NCBI GenBank assembly: GCA_000165425.1
Contig: CT867986.1
Location: 310,001 to 374,000 of the forward strand
DNA from: Paramecium tetraurelia
Lineage: Eukaryota
DNA length: 64,000 nt
Direction of reading: 5' to 3'
The notes beneath the pieces were generated by a model. It made no database searches and had not been told where the DNA came from. It saw only the letters and a list, made by a program, of their open reading frames with translations. Position 1 is the stretch's first letter. Each line of letters starts with the position of its first letter. The position numbers and the translations under genes were made by a program. This document shows, one piece after another, positions 41,608 through 54,572 of this stretch.

Positions 41608-43500
41608 TCACTATTATCTAGAAAGTGATTTCACTTGTATAGCTTATATCAGATCAAGAGTTCCTTTGTATTACTTACTAGGAATATTATAAATAGTAGG
41701 CAATTAGGCACTTAATGGTTCATCAATGATTTAACTCTGAAAAGAATTCATTCGAGAACTAAGTATAATTAGAAAATTTACACTTTTCTTTTCAACTAAT
41801 AAGAAGGTATCCTCTTGAAACTATAAGTTTACTCGTTCTTGAAGAAAAGAGTAGGCTATTGAATGGGTGTTTCAGATTACTGTTTCGGTTTGCTTTTAGC
41901 CATCATAGGAGTAGAATCTCTTCTGGAAGTGACTTTTAACCTTGAATTTCTGGTCACAATAATGTCTTATTCAGCATCAGAATCAGACCCAGACTCTTTA
42001 TCGTCAAATCCATCTTTTTTGATTAACCTGATTGCTTGATTGATTTCTTATGCTTCATATAGATGAGGATCGGATTAATTTTCGTCATATTAAAAGAGAG
42101 CATTTAGAATATTTTAACCCAATAGTTAAAACTCTTCTTTTTCGAAAGGTTTTTTTAATGCTCCATACAAAGACGTTTCAATGGTCATTGAGTTGGCAAT
42201 TTAAAACTTCTTCCACATAGCTACTCTAGCAGTACTCATTCTATCTGGTGTCACACTGAATGTGCAATTCTAAATTATCAATTTTTTTGACTACCAAATA
42301 ATTAAAGAGATCACATCCTTGTTGTAATAATCTGCTGAATTACTTAACTCTCATATAATCTGATATATGTTTGATTGGAGTAGCACAACCATATAAAAAC
42401 TAATTCAGTTTTTTAGAATGCCCGTGCAAATCAATAAGAAAAGCCACTTTGTACTTTTTGATATGTTTAACCACACTATAAATTTCAGGTTCAGTAGTTT
42501 AATTGGGCATATCCCACTTTCTAAGGATTAAGATTAAACAGGGTTTTACCTATTTAAATCGATTCCATTGAAATTGCACCTAGAATTGCCAAGAAATACA
42601 CCATCAGGATTTAGCATCGGGAATATTATGAATCTATACTTATTCTAAACCTAGTGACCAGCATCTAATAATTTAATTATCTCTTCGCAGATGTGTGAAC
42701 CTACTGACTCACTTGGATGTTGGCGTGCCAAAATGATCACAACTTCAGAAGCTAATTATTTCAATATAAAAATATACTTTACTTTTATTTTTGGTTTTGA
42801 GTTTAAATATAGGCAATCCCAAGGGAGTAGTGCATAGTACTTTGTGTTTCAGAGCTGAATGGTAAACTAGTTAATGTAGATTGCTGACTGTGTAAGGCAA
42901 AGTCAAAGCAAAGTATACTATGCTTTTATTTTGGGTGAAATTATAATTAAATTGTAAAGTATATAGTGGAAAATTCTACTGCAAGTTTGCAATAGAAGAA
43001 TCTTAAGAATGGTAGAAGGGATGATTAATATTTGTTCTGTAATAAAATAATTCTTTAGTAGTCTCACTATTCCATTTGTTGTTATCGTATACTCGAATGT
43101 GGTTGTATTCTTTTAGTAGAGATTTCCCTCTTCGATTGTTGAGAATTCGAAAAGTCAATAGTTATGGCTGTTTGACCAAAACACCAAAATAAAACCATTG
43201 TGTACATCCATTAGTATTGGTGTCCCCATTCAGTAAGATATTCAATTCAGTGCCTTCTTATTGTACAGCCATGATGTTCGAATTCTCAAAAGATCCATAA
43301 ACAAGAATTTCTGACGATTCAAAGAACGGTTAGGGTTCATGTTTGAAATTGCGTTGTCTATATTAATCAATTAGCTCCTTCTTGCAATCCGTATTTATTG
43401 TGGGCGATTTAAGTTTCTTTTCAAACAATTATGTGAAGTCTAGATATTGATTGCCAAAATCTTTATTTGTCTTCAGCAATTTTTTCATTTATACGTTCAT
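41608..43500 (-). CDS. Cytosolic carboxypeptidase (CCP/AGBL, M14D), putative tubulin deglutamylase; true start uncertain
   Basis: N-domain [15 protein letters not shown]; zinc ligands ARQHPSE and [28 protein letters not shown]; catalytic TIETS. Confidence 0.92.
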
Positions 43501-43798
43501 TATAATATTAACTAAATACTTTAATATAATAATCATCAAGATACAATTGCAACTTGAAGACAATCTACTTCAATTGGACGTACCTCTTACCCCTTCGAAC
43601 CTCCCTTCTCTTAAGTTTATTAGAACTATTCAGGAAACCTTCAAATATGTATATAAATTGTAATTATAATAGCAATCTCTAGAGGATTAATATATTTAAG
43701 GGATTATATTTTGATTTACAAGGGACTGACCATGCAATCTTACATTAAATAATAGTTAACTAAAATAAATTTTATTGATTTTATTTCTCTTAATCATT

Positions 43799-44727
43799 TC
43801 ATACATTCAATTCAGAATTAACCAACTTCTTAGTTTCTTCCTTTGCTCCCTCAAGATGTTCTTGTGCTTTATTTGCAATTCCATCTCCTTTTGATGTGAT
43901 ATGAAATAGGGCCAAAGGACAGAACCATAATAAGTCTGCATCTATTTGAGCTGCTCCCAAAAATAATGCATTTTTTCCTTCTCTTAAGTATTCAAGACTT
44001 CCATCGAATCTCTATACTTCAAGCAAAAGGTATAGGAAATAGAGTACTCCCACAATTGGTTACCAAATCATTGGCCAAAATCCTGCTGAAGTAAGGAGTG
44101 CCTAACAGTCAAATGTAACAGAATACCAAAAAGAAACCCAAAAATATTCCAAGACCGGCTAGCTAGAAAAAGTTTCCTTTGATTGTAAAATCAACTCCGT
44201 TCAATCCTGCATCTCTATTTCTAACCAAGGCCAAAACGTAGAGGTAACCAAACACACAGAGGAAATAAAATACTTCAAATTTACTTAATGGGTAGTTTAC
44301 TCCATAGAATACCATGAATGAAAACTTGCCAATGAAGTGAATACTGAAAAATAGGAAGTTCCAGGGTTTCTATTAAATATAGAGGAGATGCATATACCTT
44401 TTTGAAAAATGTACTTCCAAACTATAAAAATGCTAAGAAAACAGCATAGATAATGAAATTCAAAAAGTTGAAAACAGGTATGAGGCTGATCAACCATCGA
44501 ACTGGACCTAAAGAATTCACAAGAGCTGTGCTTCCTGAAGCAAGAGCGCATATTAATATCTAAACAATAATTGCATTGTTTATTGGAGATCCTGTTATTT
44601 TGTAGTATTTCTCAACTTCGTTTATTCCCTTCTCACCAGCTTCTTCAATTTCATTTAACTTCTCCTCCAATCTCACTTCTGCAACAGGTTTCTCCGTTGC
44701 TGGAACATCTTCTTCTCGGTTTTCCAT
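43799..44727 (-). CDS. Multipass membrane protein, possibly a divergent Bax inhibitor-1/TMBIM family member
   Basis: Six to seven hydrophobic segments; KKPWNFLFF, VDFT and ALFLGAAQIDADLL resemble TMBIM motifs; two introns give a continuous frame. Family call is tentative. Confidence 0.6.
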
Positions 44728-44898
44728 TTTTTATTTAATTGAGTATAAAAACGAATATGGAATAGAATTAAGCAGGATTTAATTTGAAACAGTTAGGCAA
44801 GTTATTTAATCGAAACAAACAATAAATAAGCAGAATCAATTCGTATTCCTTCAAATTATTGTGCTTTTTATTTAAATATTTTTAAAAAATACATACTT

Positions 44899-46101
44899 AT
44901 GAAAGTAGCTAAACAATAGAAGAAATAGTCAATTTGGGATTAGGTTAAAAATGAAGAGAAGGATTTCTATTTCAATTACCTGTAGAAGAAATCGAGGAAT
45001 CTCCAGAAGAAATTAAAGGACATCGCCGATTTAGAAGAATTATCAAAGACCAAGGAATTAAAGGCAGAATAAGTTCAAAAGATTTAAAGCAAAGAAGAAA
45101 ACAATGAAAAAGTAAAGGAATTAGAAGCCTAATTATCCAACTGGCTATCAGCAAAGAAGGAAGCAGAATAAAGTGGAACACTCCTCACCCAAGAAGCATT
45201 CATTCTCATTTTAGAGCATTTGTCTGAAAATCAAGACACTGTTGCCCTTCTCTCTCAAGACCATAATTCACTTTATGAACTTGCTAAACTACTTTAAAAT
45301 AGAGTGAATGGGTAATTGAGAAAGAAAGATCAACCATGGAAAGGTTTGAATGTAAATATATAAAAATTTAAATTTAGTTGAAACATTAAGCACATTCTGA
45401 ACACCCCAAACAAGTCGAAGTGGTCTAGCCATTAAAATAAGAAACCCCTTAACCCTAAGATATTGTTGAAACCCACAAGGAATAGACACAATAACAGGAA
45501 TAATATGTTTTGATTAAATCTAGTCCAAAAAAATCATTCCAAGAAGAAACTAGAACTTAAGTACATCAAACCTTAGATTAATAACCTAATCAACATTCGG
45601 ATGATACTTAATAGTAAGAAAACACCAATTTAGTACCAAATACCAATCAACCTTAGGAATAATCATAATAGCCAGATCAACATGAAAAACAAGACAATCA
45701 AGAGAAAACTCATTAACATAGAGAAGGTCATAGATAACATTATTAACATGATAATTAAAGAAAAGGCTATAAGAAGAATTATCATCAAGATAATAATTAT
45801 GATAGAAGAAATAATGGGGATGACCATAAAAATAGACCTTATAGAGGAAACAGACAATATTAAAATAGGGACAGATAATAGAAGGAAGAATGGTAAGAAA
45901 AGAAGGAAGTAGTAGAATAATAATAGGATAATTAAAGCTAACATAGTTCGGATGAAGAATATATTACCATTGAACGCAGGTTAATTAATTTTATATACTT
46001 CTAGATAAAAAAAACCATAACATAAACCATAGAGAGGTGGAAATAGAAATAGATAATAGAGGTAAGGAGACACTCAACAGAATGTAAATGTCGAATAATG
46101 A
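44899..46101 (+). CDS. Coiled-coil plus R/G/Y/D-rich low-complexity protein, Caprin-like putative RNA-binding protein
   Basis: YLQKKSRNLQKKLKDIADLEELSKTKELKAEQVQKIQSKEE resembles the Caprin-1 N-terminal coil; C-terminal RPYRGNRQY...RGGNRNRQQR. Family call is tentative. Confidence 0.6.
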
Positions 46102-46136
46102 GGTTATATAATAATATATACAATAAGAAAATAGAA

Positions 46137-47738
46137 TCATAACTAAGACATTAAGTCCTATCTTTACTATTATATCACTCTAATCATTTTAGAGTATTCT
46201 GCACAAATGATATCCATCATCTTTTATACTGTTTATTAATGATAATTAAAGTATTTTAAGGGATCATCATCCTATTTCCAATTTTATTTGTTAATAATTT
46301 CATTAGCTTTATCGAAATAAGTGTTTAAGTGTTAAAAGTATTCCTATAGCATAATTTTAATTTATGATTTGTAAGAAACAGATTCGATTAATTATTAAAA
46401 TATTATTGAAGCAATTGAAATTAGTTTCTATTACTGTTTCATTTAAATCTATTCTTATTGAAGTAACCTAGAATTAAGCAAGGTGTAATCCATATTTTCA
46501 ATCCGTTCTAATTTTTATTTAAGTTCCTAAATTCCCCTATTACTTTGATCCAAGACTTTTTGCTATTACTCTTTCTGCAAGTTTAGCTAAATCAATTCAT
46601 TCTCTAGTTCATCTTTTATTTTTTTCAATTTATTTATTTGTTGATTTGCACTTAAGTTTTGATTGGTCTGGATTGTTTCCAATTAATTTTTTTACTATAA
46701 AATGAGTTCTTTTTAGTTTATTACACATTATAAAATCTACACTCTAATATTCTCTACATCTCCTTCGTTTATATCGAATTCTTTCATCAATGTTAAAATA
46801 AACGAATCTATACATTAATTATCTTTCAATTTTGGAGACTCCGATTTTTAATTTTCAATATCCTAATTACTATTTTCACCAAATGATATTTCCTCTTTGA
46901 ATTTTGCATTAAACATCTTTGAAAATTCTAAATAACATTGCTCATTATCCAAAGTAAATGAATTCTTTGAAAGGAACTATTTAACTGTAGACTTTAACTC
47001 ATCAAGGTCGCTTTTTAACAGCCTATATTTTTCATGATATTTATTCTTAAATTTTTAAAGTTTGGTTTTTTTAATTTCTTAAAGTTATTGATATCTTTTA
47101 GATATATCAAAGGATTGGTTCACTTATATGTTTGTTGTAAGATCCAAGTACTTCTGATTTTTACATGAATTAAATTCTTTTTCCAATTAGATATTCAATT
47201 ATGAAAGCTCATCATCTTTAGCTTTTTATACATAGTAAAAAATAAATACTTCTATAAACTCTCTCAATTTCATATATTTGTTATTTAATTTCACTATATG
47301 TACCATAACATTGACTTAGATCATTCGCACCTGGTGATTATTGAGATAAATTTTATATCTTCTCTTAGACCTGAACTATCAAGTTATTCAATTCTGTGAA
47401 TAGGCATTCATTTGTTTTTGGCGTAAAATTTATATCTATTTGAAATTCATCTTTATTTTCATTTGCGGTATTTTCATTTTCAGAGTCTTTTTATATTTAA
47501 AACTCATACTATAATTGTATTGTGTTGATTCTCTTTAATTTTTACACTATAAAATAAAATGCGGTGATTATTAGGATTCATCCATTTAATTTTCAGGTCC
47601 CAAATAATCCTATTTTCTAGGGGTTTGAAATAGATTTATTCTCTTATTTCCAAAGTATTCTTTTGATTGACCCCTAGTTCCTAATTAATTTTCAATTTCC
47701 ATTCCAACATAATCCTCAAAACAAGAATTTTATAACAT
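46137..47738 (-). CDS. Hypothetical coiled-coil protein
   Basis: ATG 47738 (MLQNSCFEDYVGMEIEN...); E/K/Q-rich body; ends MIRVIQQQRQDLMSQL-TGA. 5' exon structure uncertain. Confidence 0.6.
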
Positions 47739-48757
47739 TTTTAATTATTACATATTGATAATGTAAAGTAAAAAAAATCAAATTTGCGCTTTAATTCTCT
47801 TTTCTATTACCATTAATAATCTATTCACTATCCTCATGTCACTTGATAAATATCGTTTAATTATTACAATAATCCAAACAAAAGTCTTTTTACACTCATT
47901 TTATTTTCTTTTCTTTAAGAAGTTAATTTAAATAAATTTAATTTCTTCACTTTTTAATCATTTATTCTTTTATTAGATTTCAGAAATAACGAAACATCAA
48001 AATTTTAAAACTCCAAAAGAGAAATAAATTAATTATTGTAGATTAAATAATCTTTAAGACTTTTAAATTAATTTTCGATTTTTCTATATAAAAAATGCTT
48101 CTTAGTTAGAAGGAATATAAAATGTTATTTCTGAATTACTTAGTTGCTCATTCATTTGAACTTGTTTTTTTTAACTTTCTAATAAAACTGGTCAACAAAT
48201 TAGCAAAAACGAACATTTATTGGTTTCTTAGTAATTTATAATTAATCATATAATATTTGATAAATTCATAATTTTATTACTTATAATGATATTTATACTT
48301 TTTTTATAAGAATAGACATTTTGACTATTTTTTAAGAAAGCTATTCAGTATTGAAGTATTATATATAGATATCCCAAGGGGAGAGCTAAAAATAAGTTAA
48401 ATTATTAAAACAATCGATTAATAGAATTTGAAATAATTTTACAATCTAATAAATTAAAACTTTTAAATCTGTACAAGAGTTGTAATTTAGGCATTTAAGT
48501 GAAATATATTCTAATAAATAAGTTAATATACAAATTTTAAATACATAAGCCATGCTTTCTTTATTTGATATAATGAAAATGGAAATATTTCTAAGTTTAT
48601 TTTATTTCATTAAATTAGAAGTATATCTAAATATGTGTTAAATATTATTAAGTAAATACGAATAGAGTCAGATTCAATTCTCAATATCTAATATTTTATA
48701 GTTTATGCAATTAACAGTTCATAATTTATTTATAAATTTACTTTTTTTTTTAAATAC

Positions 48758-49314
48758 ATGTAGTTTACTTCTAGCAAGGAAAGTTAATATCTGTTTACTT
48801 TATATGAAATGTGCCGAAGAAATGTTATAAATTAAGCGTAAAAGGGAGAACTAAAAGGTAACTTTTTGCTTGTGATTTAACAGATTTGTTAATTTAAGGT
48901 GACAGAAAAACCTAAGAAATTTTGTAAATATATCAGAAAAATGCAAATAAATAAGAATTAGAGAAAGGCATCCTTGATTTATTGGGTAAGCTCTCCTAAG
49001 ACATTATCTAGATTAATCTGATGGATCTTATTCAATTTACAGCATTCCTTCTTAATACAAATCTAGAAGACCGAAACCTGTGCAAATTAAATCGCTTGAA
49101 AAAAATTGGTATTAATTAAACATATTTAAGGGCATGCAAATCTTAAGATTCTCTAAATTAAAAACCAATTATGAAGGAAGATTTGAATAAACTAACCAGG
49201 GCAATAAAAGAACGTTATTCTTTCAACCATCTCGAAATATAATATAGATCAAAAAATTAAGGCAAAAGATTATCTGATAATTTCTACATAGAATCAGTTA
49301 AAACAGGTCTTTGA
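48758..49314 (+). CDS. Small hypothetical protein
   Basis: MQFTSSKESQYLFTLYEMCRRNVINQAQKGELKDLLIQGDRKTQEILQIY...; three canonical 22-26 nt introns join one frame to TGA at 49312-49314. Confidence 0.7.
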
Positions 49315-49317
49315 CAA

Positions 49318-50010
49318 TCATTTATACATAATTTGTTGCTATTCCAAAGATTCTATAAACAGTCTATATTTTTATGTTTCCAATGCAGTTTAATATTAAA
49401 TCTGCATTTTTAAAAAAAATTTGTTTTTTTCAATATTATCGTAAATTATTTTTATCTTAAGTCAAGGTTTAGTTTTTCTTGAGTTAAGCTTTCTTTTAAC
49501 TCTGGATCTTAATATTCTTGAATATTGGTTAATTTTGTTTGATATAAGCTCTCAAATTCATCGAATACTTAATTATCTTAAACATTTATCACAAATTTGT
49601 TGAAGGATATTCTATTATTATTAAATAAAATTTTATATTAATAAGAGATTCCCTTACCAATCCTTATATAAACTAAATTAGTTCAGCAATAAACTAATTC
49701 TAGAAAAAAAATTGTTATGAACTTTTTTATATTACTTAAGAATCTCAAATAATTACAGAAAGTATGTTAAATTAATTAAATTATTATTATCTAATTTGAT
49801 AGTTCATAAATAATAGCTTTAATCTTAAAAATGCATCAATTGAACTCCATTTAGTTATTCTAATTTGCAATTTAATAATCTATCAGAATATCGGTTAAGT
49901 AATCTATTTTTCGAATCTTAAGTAGAATTGGAAGTAAACATATTAGTCGGACATTCATTTCTTAATTAGAGATCTATTAAAAAGAGAAGTGTGGGCTGAC
50001 TTATTTTTTT
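49318..50010 (-). pseudogene. Coding-like segment, possibly a decayed or poorly conserved gene
   Basis: 3' part reads openly (FNKFVINVQDNQVFDEFESLYQTKL...ESLEQQQIMYK-TGA); upstream frames do not join cleanly. Confidence 0.3.
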
Positions 50011-50240
50011 GATCTTTTTTAAATTTGTTATAATGAAAAAAATAGGAATAAATAAATTTTATTTTGATAATTGAGAATTTTTCCTTAGATGCAGAACAAT
50101 AGAAATATAAGTTCACTTAAATTTTAGGTACTGATACTGTAATATTGCTATCTAAAATAAAATTAGAATTGTAAATTAAATAGAAGGGTTACTGAATTTT
50201 CTAAACATATAAAACTAATTGGTATTAAAAATAATTTAAA

Positions 50241-51712
50241 ATGATCATTTTAATATTTCTGGCTTATATCCATCTAAGTGTTAACCAAAAAATCGAATCG
50301 AGTTTTCTTAGAGTATACGGGATTTAAGCTTTCTAAATAAGGAATATAACATAAAATGGGTTTCCTTTAAAATCAAAGATCACCATAACGCTTTAGCATT
50401 TAGAAGGAGAAAAACCAATACTCCTAATGTGTTCTAATAAACCAAATGCGAATATTTCAATGGATTATGAATCAATCATGTAATAAATAGAATTATATAT
50501 TGTAGAAAATAATGCTTTTATGATGTAAATGCATATGAAGATAAGAATAAAAAGTAGGTGCTATCTCTTTAGGATAAGTAATTTGTGGGGAAATTTCATC
50601 ACAATTACAATATATATGAATATTAGGATGCTGGTTTATTTATTGGAGCAATTTCAAAACTATAATCATCTTATAGTATTTAAGCAGAAATCTAGTCAAT
50701 TTACACTTGTTAAAAGTAAAGAAATGATATAAAATTAGAGAATGTCGCAATGGAGCCAGTTGTTTTTATGGAGTTTGCGAATGTTTATAAGGATCATTTG
50801 GAGATGATTGCAGCATCTAAGGGTTGAATATTTTGGATTAGAAAACACTTTCATCAAGCCATTTATATTATTTGAACATCAAATAACTAACTAAGACTGC
50901 TTTTTTAAGAATATTGTCAAATTCGATTCCAATTAGAAGATAATGTTATGCTGAGAAACCTTAAGTGAATCATGGAGCTTAGGTTTTAACAAACTTGTTA
51001 TAACTAGATCATGATCAAATAAAGAATTGCCAGAACATTACATTCTAGGTTTAGGATGAGATGAAAGTTTAGTAAATTCCTTATTATTTATTTAAAATTA
51101 TGGATGTAGAGAGTGTAGAAATATTTGATAACAATCTTCAAGAAGAAAGTTTATCGACTTTTATGTTGATTCTATTTATCGGTTTATCAATATTTCTTTT
51201 CCTTATGATAGCTTGCTGTTGCTCAAAGTACTTTAAAAATAAAGTCGATTATTAAAAATAACAATTATAAACAGAAGCTATTCCAACTTATGTTGATTTA
51301 TACATACCCACTTACAAATTCTAAGAAATTAAATAATCTGATGTTCCTTACATTCATACAGATGGTCATTATTGTTCAATTTGTTTAGAAAGATTCGATT
51401 TATATAATAATGTTAAAATCACATATTGTAAACATCTCTATCATTCTAAATGCTTAAGACTTTGGATTGAAAAGATAAAGGTAAATAATACTTTCAAACT
51501 AGGTCTGTCCTCTTTGCAGAGCACCTTTGGATGAGTAAACTATCATTTCTATGGTCCCTCCAAAATCTTTGACCCTTATAGATTAGATTACGAATAAAAG
51601 CACTAATAAATTCAAATCGTCGTAAGGATCATTGAATTCTTTGAATAATCAAAATACAAATAAGTTTTAACATTTGAATTATCAACGCAGTTTAGCATAC
51701 ATTGATTAATGA
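50241..51712 (+). CDS. Type I membrane protein: signal peptide, EGF-like domain, TM helix, RING-H2 (putative E3 ligase)
   Basis: MIILIFLAYIHLSVN; CQKECRNGASCFYGVCECLQGSFGDDCS; FMLILFIGLSIFLFLMIACCC; CSICLERFDLYNNVKITYCKHLYHSKCLRLWIEKIKVCPLCR. Confidence 0.88.
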
Positions 51713-51791
51713 ATGTATTTAGTTTTTCTTTTTCGAATTTGATTAATAATAGTGATCCATTATAAATAAATATACAATATAATTAGTAAAA

Positions 51792-52358
51792 TCAATTTGA
51801 TTATTATTGACTTCTTTATTAAACTTATCTTAATCTATTTGTTTTCATTAATTGGTTTATCTCATTAAATATGTTTTATTAAATTTCAGTGTCCTATTGA
51901 TTTTCTCCTTAGATTTAATCTTTATCAATCTCGGATACTTGGCTCCATCTTGGAACTAAATTTAAGGTTTGCATTTTCGCCACTTATTCTAATTTTCTTT
52001 AATGTTTTTCTGTTAATTTTGGTTTCTTGCGTTTATCGAACAATTTGTCAGGGTTATTTCTCTATTCTTACTTGTATTTTTATTTTATCTTTTTCAATGT
52101 AATATTAATGTCGACATGATTTTTGAAATAATTATATATCATGTCAATGCTTCCAGAGAAAATAGCATTTAACCTATATAACAATTCAGTGTTCGTCTCG
52201 TTCCAAAGCTTTGATTTATAATTCCTCTTCAATTTTTGCACCTTCCCCTAAGGTGGCACCAAATCTTTTAATTTCTAGTAGGAGTTTTTTGAAATTTCAT
52301 TGTGATTCTAAGATGAAATTTCATTTTATGACAAATATACACAATCCTCATCTAACAT
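51792..52358 (-). CDS. Small SANT/Myb-like protein resembling the Bdp1 (TFIIIB B'') core domain
   Basis: KLWNETNTELLYRLNAIFSGSIDMIYNYF...ITLKKIKIKYKQEQRNNPDKL matches the Bdp1 pattern W-x3-T-x2-[FL]Y...IK-x-K-[FY]-K-x-E-x3-NP. Confidence 0.6.
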
Positions 52359-52702
52359 TGAGAAAAAAGATTTTGCTTTTTAATTTCTATAAAATATAAT
52401 AATTAATACTCTATTGTTATTTTTGATATAAATATACATGAATTTTGATGAATTCTTATAGATATTTTTTGATCACTAGTAAAAATGCATCAAATGAATT
52501 TAAAGACAATATAATCAATAAGAATCTATCTTCAAAAACTTAAGAATTAAACTTGAAGAATAATTTCATTAAAAATGAATATTGTTCAATTAAAAAAATG
52601 GAATGTTTGGTTTATTCCTAATTAGAAAGAAAAGCAGTATGTGATCTAATTTAATTCGTAATTTAATATTTTGAAATATATTATGTTTAAAATTAATATA
52701 AA

Positions 52703-54524
52703 ATGTACTTAAGGGAGAGAAGAGCAACATCCTATCAGAAACCTTAAGTAGGTCAAGATGATTTGAGAAATCAATTGAATTTACTTGATTAATTTGTGAG
52801 ACCAACCTATGATGTTAAATTGCCCCATGATCCTAGTCAAAAAAGCGGAATTCGATAATCTAATCATTTGAATAAATCCTTTCAGTTACCAAAACTGTCT
52901 ACATTGCCAGAAGAATCGATAAATGAGGAAGTGGCTCAAATGTAGTAGGCTATAGATTAATAAAACCAGACTCTAAAGCGATTATTGAAAGAATAAAGAG
53001 AAGTAAGAGTATAAATGGATTATTAAGGTAAATAAAGCTTAACTTTTTAAGTAAGAACTTGAGAATTTAAAAACTTAAGTTCAAACTATACATCTAAAAT
53101 TACCAAAACTGCCATAATATGAATAATTAAATGAAATTAAGCACGAAATTTCATCATTAAGACAATCCTTCTTCCAATAAGCTCAACAACCCTAATAGCC
53201 AATTATACAGCCTCCTTAGATAATATATCAACAAATGCCTTAACCTCTGCAATAACCCCAGTATTATCCCCCTCCTTACCCCTATTATCCTCCACCTTAT
53301 CCACCTTATGGATAGCCTCCCCCTCCTCCATATGGATAGCAACCTCCTCCCTACCCACCTCAACAATAACTATATTAACCACCTTACTAGTACAATCCCT
53401 ATCAATATCCTTACTAACCTCAGCCTTAACCCCAAGAAGGCTAATAAAATTAATAAAACCCTTAATCGGCTGGCAAAATAAAGACAAAAACTGCTGGATC
53501 ACAAGGCTAAAATTCAAGAAGATCAAGTCAAAATATGATACCTTTGGTTTCCAAGAGGTCCATACAATAAACCAAATAGAGTTTTTTTTCAGATGTATAA
53601 TAAATATAACATAAAAGTAGAAAGGAGATAAGAGAGTGCCATTTCAGGGTTCAAGATTGAAAGTAATTTTTAATGCAGTTCGATTTGCTATGAGGTGGAA
53701 GATATATTGTAAGCCGTTGAATATTCTATGGAGAAAATTATATAAACATTCTGTTGAGTGCAAAGCAGTGATATAGAAAATATCTTATCATGTTGCTCTG
53801 AAACGGATAAATGATTGGTGCAAAATGGTTTTAGCAAAGGTTGAAAATTACTTGAGTAAAATAAAAGAAATAGATTTTATTGTATATTTCTTTGTTATCA
53901 AAAGAATCCAGAAAAACCATTGACGGAATAAGAAATAGATCAATCATATATGTAATTAACGAATGTGATGAAATATCTGATGACCAGTCTTGTTACATAT
54001 TGTACAAACGATTTCATGATTCCAGAATTGAAATTTTTATCTTACCTTTAGTTTTTTGATTAGCCAGAAATAGATAGAGGACTGTTCGTTGCGAGAAGAG
54101 TATTATTTTGGAAAGAGAAATAATTAGACATGACTAAAACATAATAGATGATGATTGTGGGGGATCTAGTTATATTAGTACATATATTGCCTGCTTTATT
54201 GGAAATTCCAGGATAAATATTTTTAGTCAAATGTATGGTGTCTCTTGTTTAAATTCATTTTATGAAATATTTTGATTTGAGAGTGCTCAATCGAAATCCA
54301 GAGTATAGAATTATTCAATTAAATTTGGTGGATGTGGTGGATGGCAAATTAGTTGCCAGACTAGAAAAACTGGAAAAGTTTGATGATGAAAGATATATTG
54401 TAGGAGTCTATGAGGAAAGCCAATTTTAAGGATTTTATGCTAAAAGACCTCATTTCCAAGATGATATGCAAAAAGCGCTATTTTAAATACATACTAATTT
54501 ATTATAAGCATTAGCTGCTAAATG
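52703..54524 (+). CDS. Hypothetical protein with a central P/Y/Q-rich region
   Basis: MYLRERRATSYQKPQ...; YYPPPYPYYPPPYPPYGQPPPPPYGQQPPPYPPQ near 53260-53365; helical C-terminal domain ending QALAAK-TGA. Confidence 0.75.
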
Positions 54525-54572
54525 AAATTTTATATATTTATTAATTATATTCAAATTTAAATTAGCAGTTAA

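Noticed and set aside
45663..45944. Leu/Ile-rich ORFs on both strands resembling membrane peptides
   Set aside because: Off-frame or antisense readings of the low-complexity region of the gene at 44899-46101.
52438..52700. Short plus-strand ATG-initiated frame (MNFDEFLQIF...)
   Set aside because: No recognisable motif and very AT-rich; cannot be distinguished from intergenic sequence.
53157..53526. Minus-strand R/W/G-rich and V/E-rich ORFs and nearby short near-repeats
   Set aside because: Antisense of the Pro/Tyr-rich coding region of the plus-strand gene; the repeats are codon-level.
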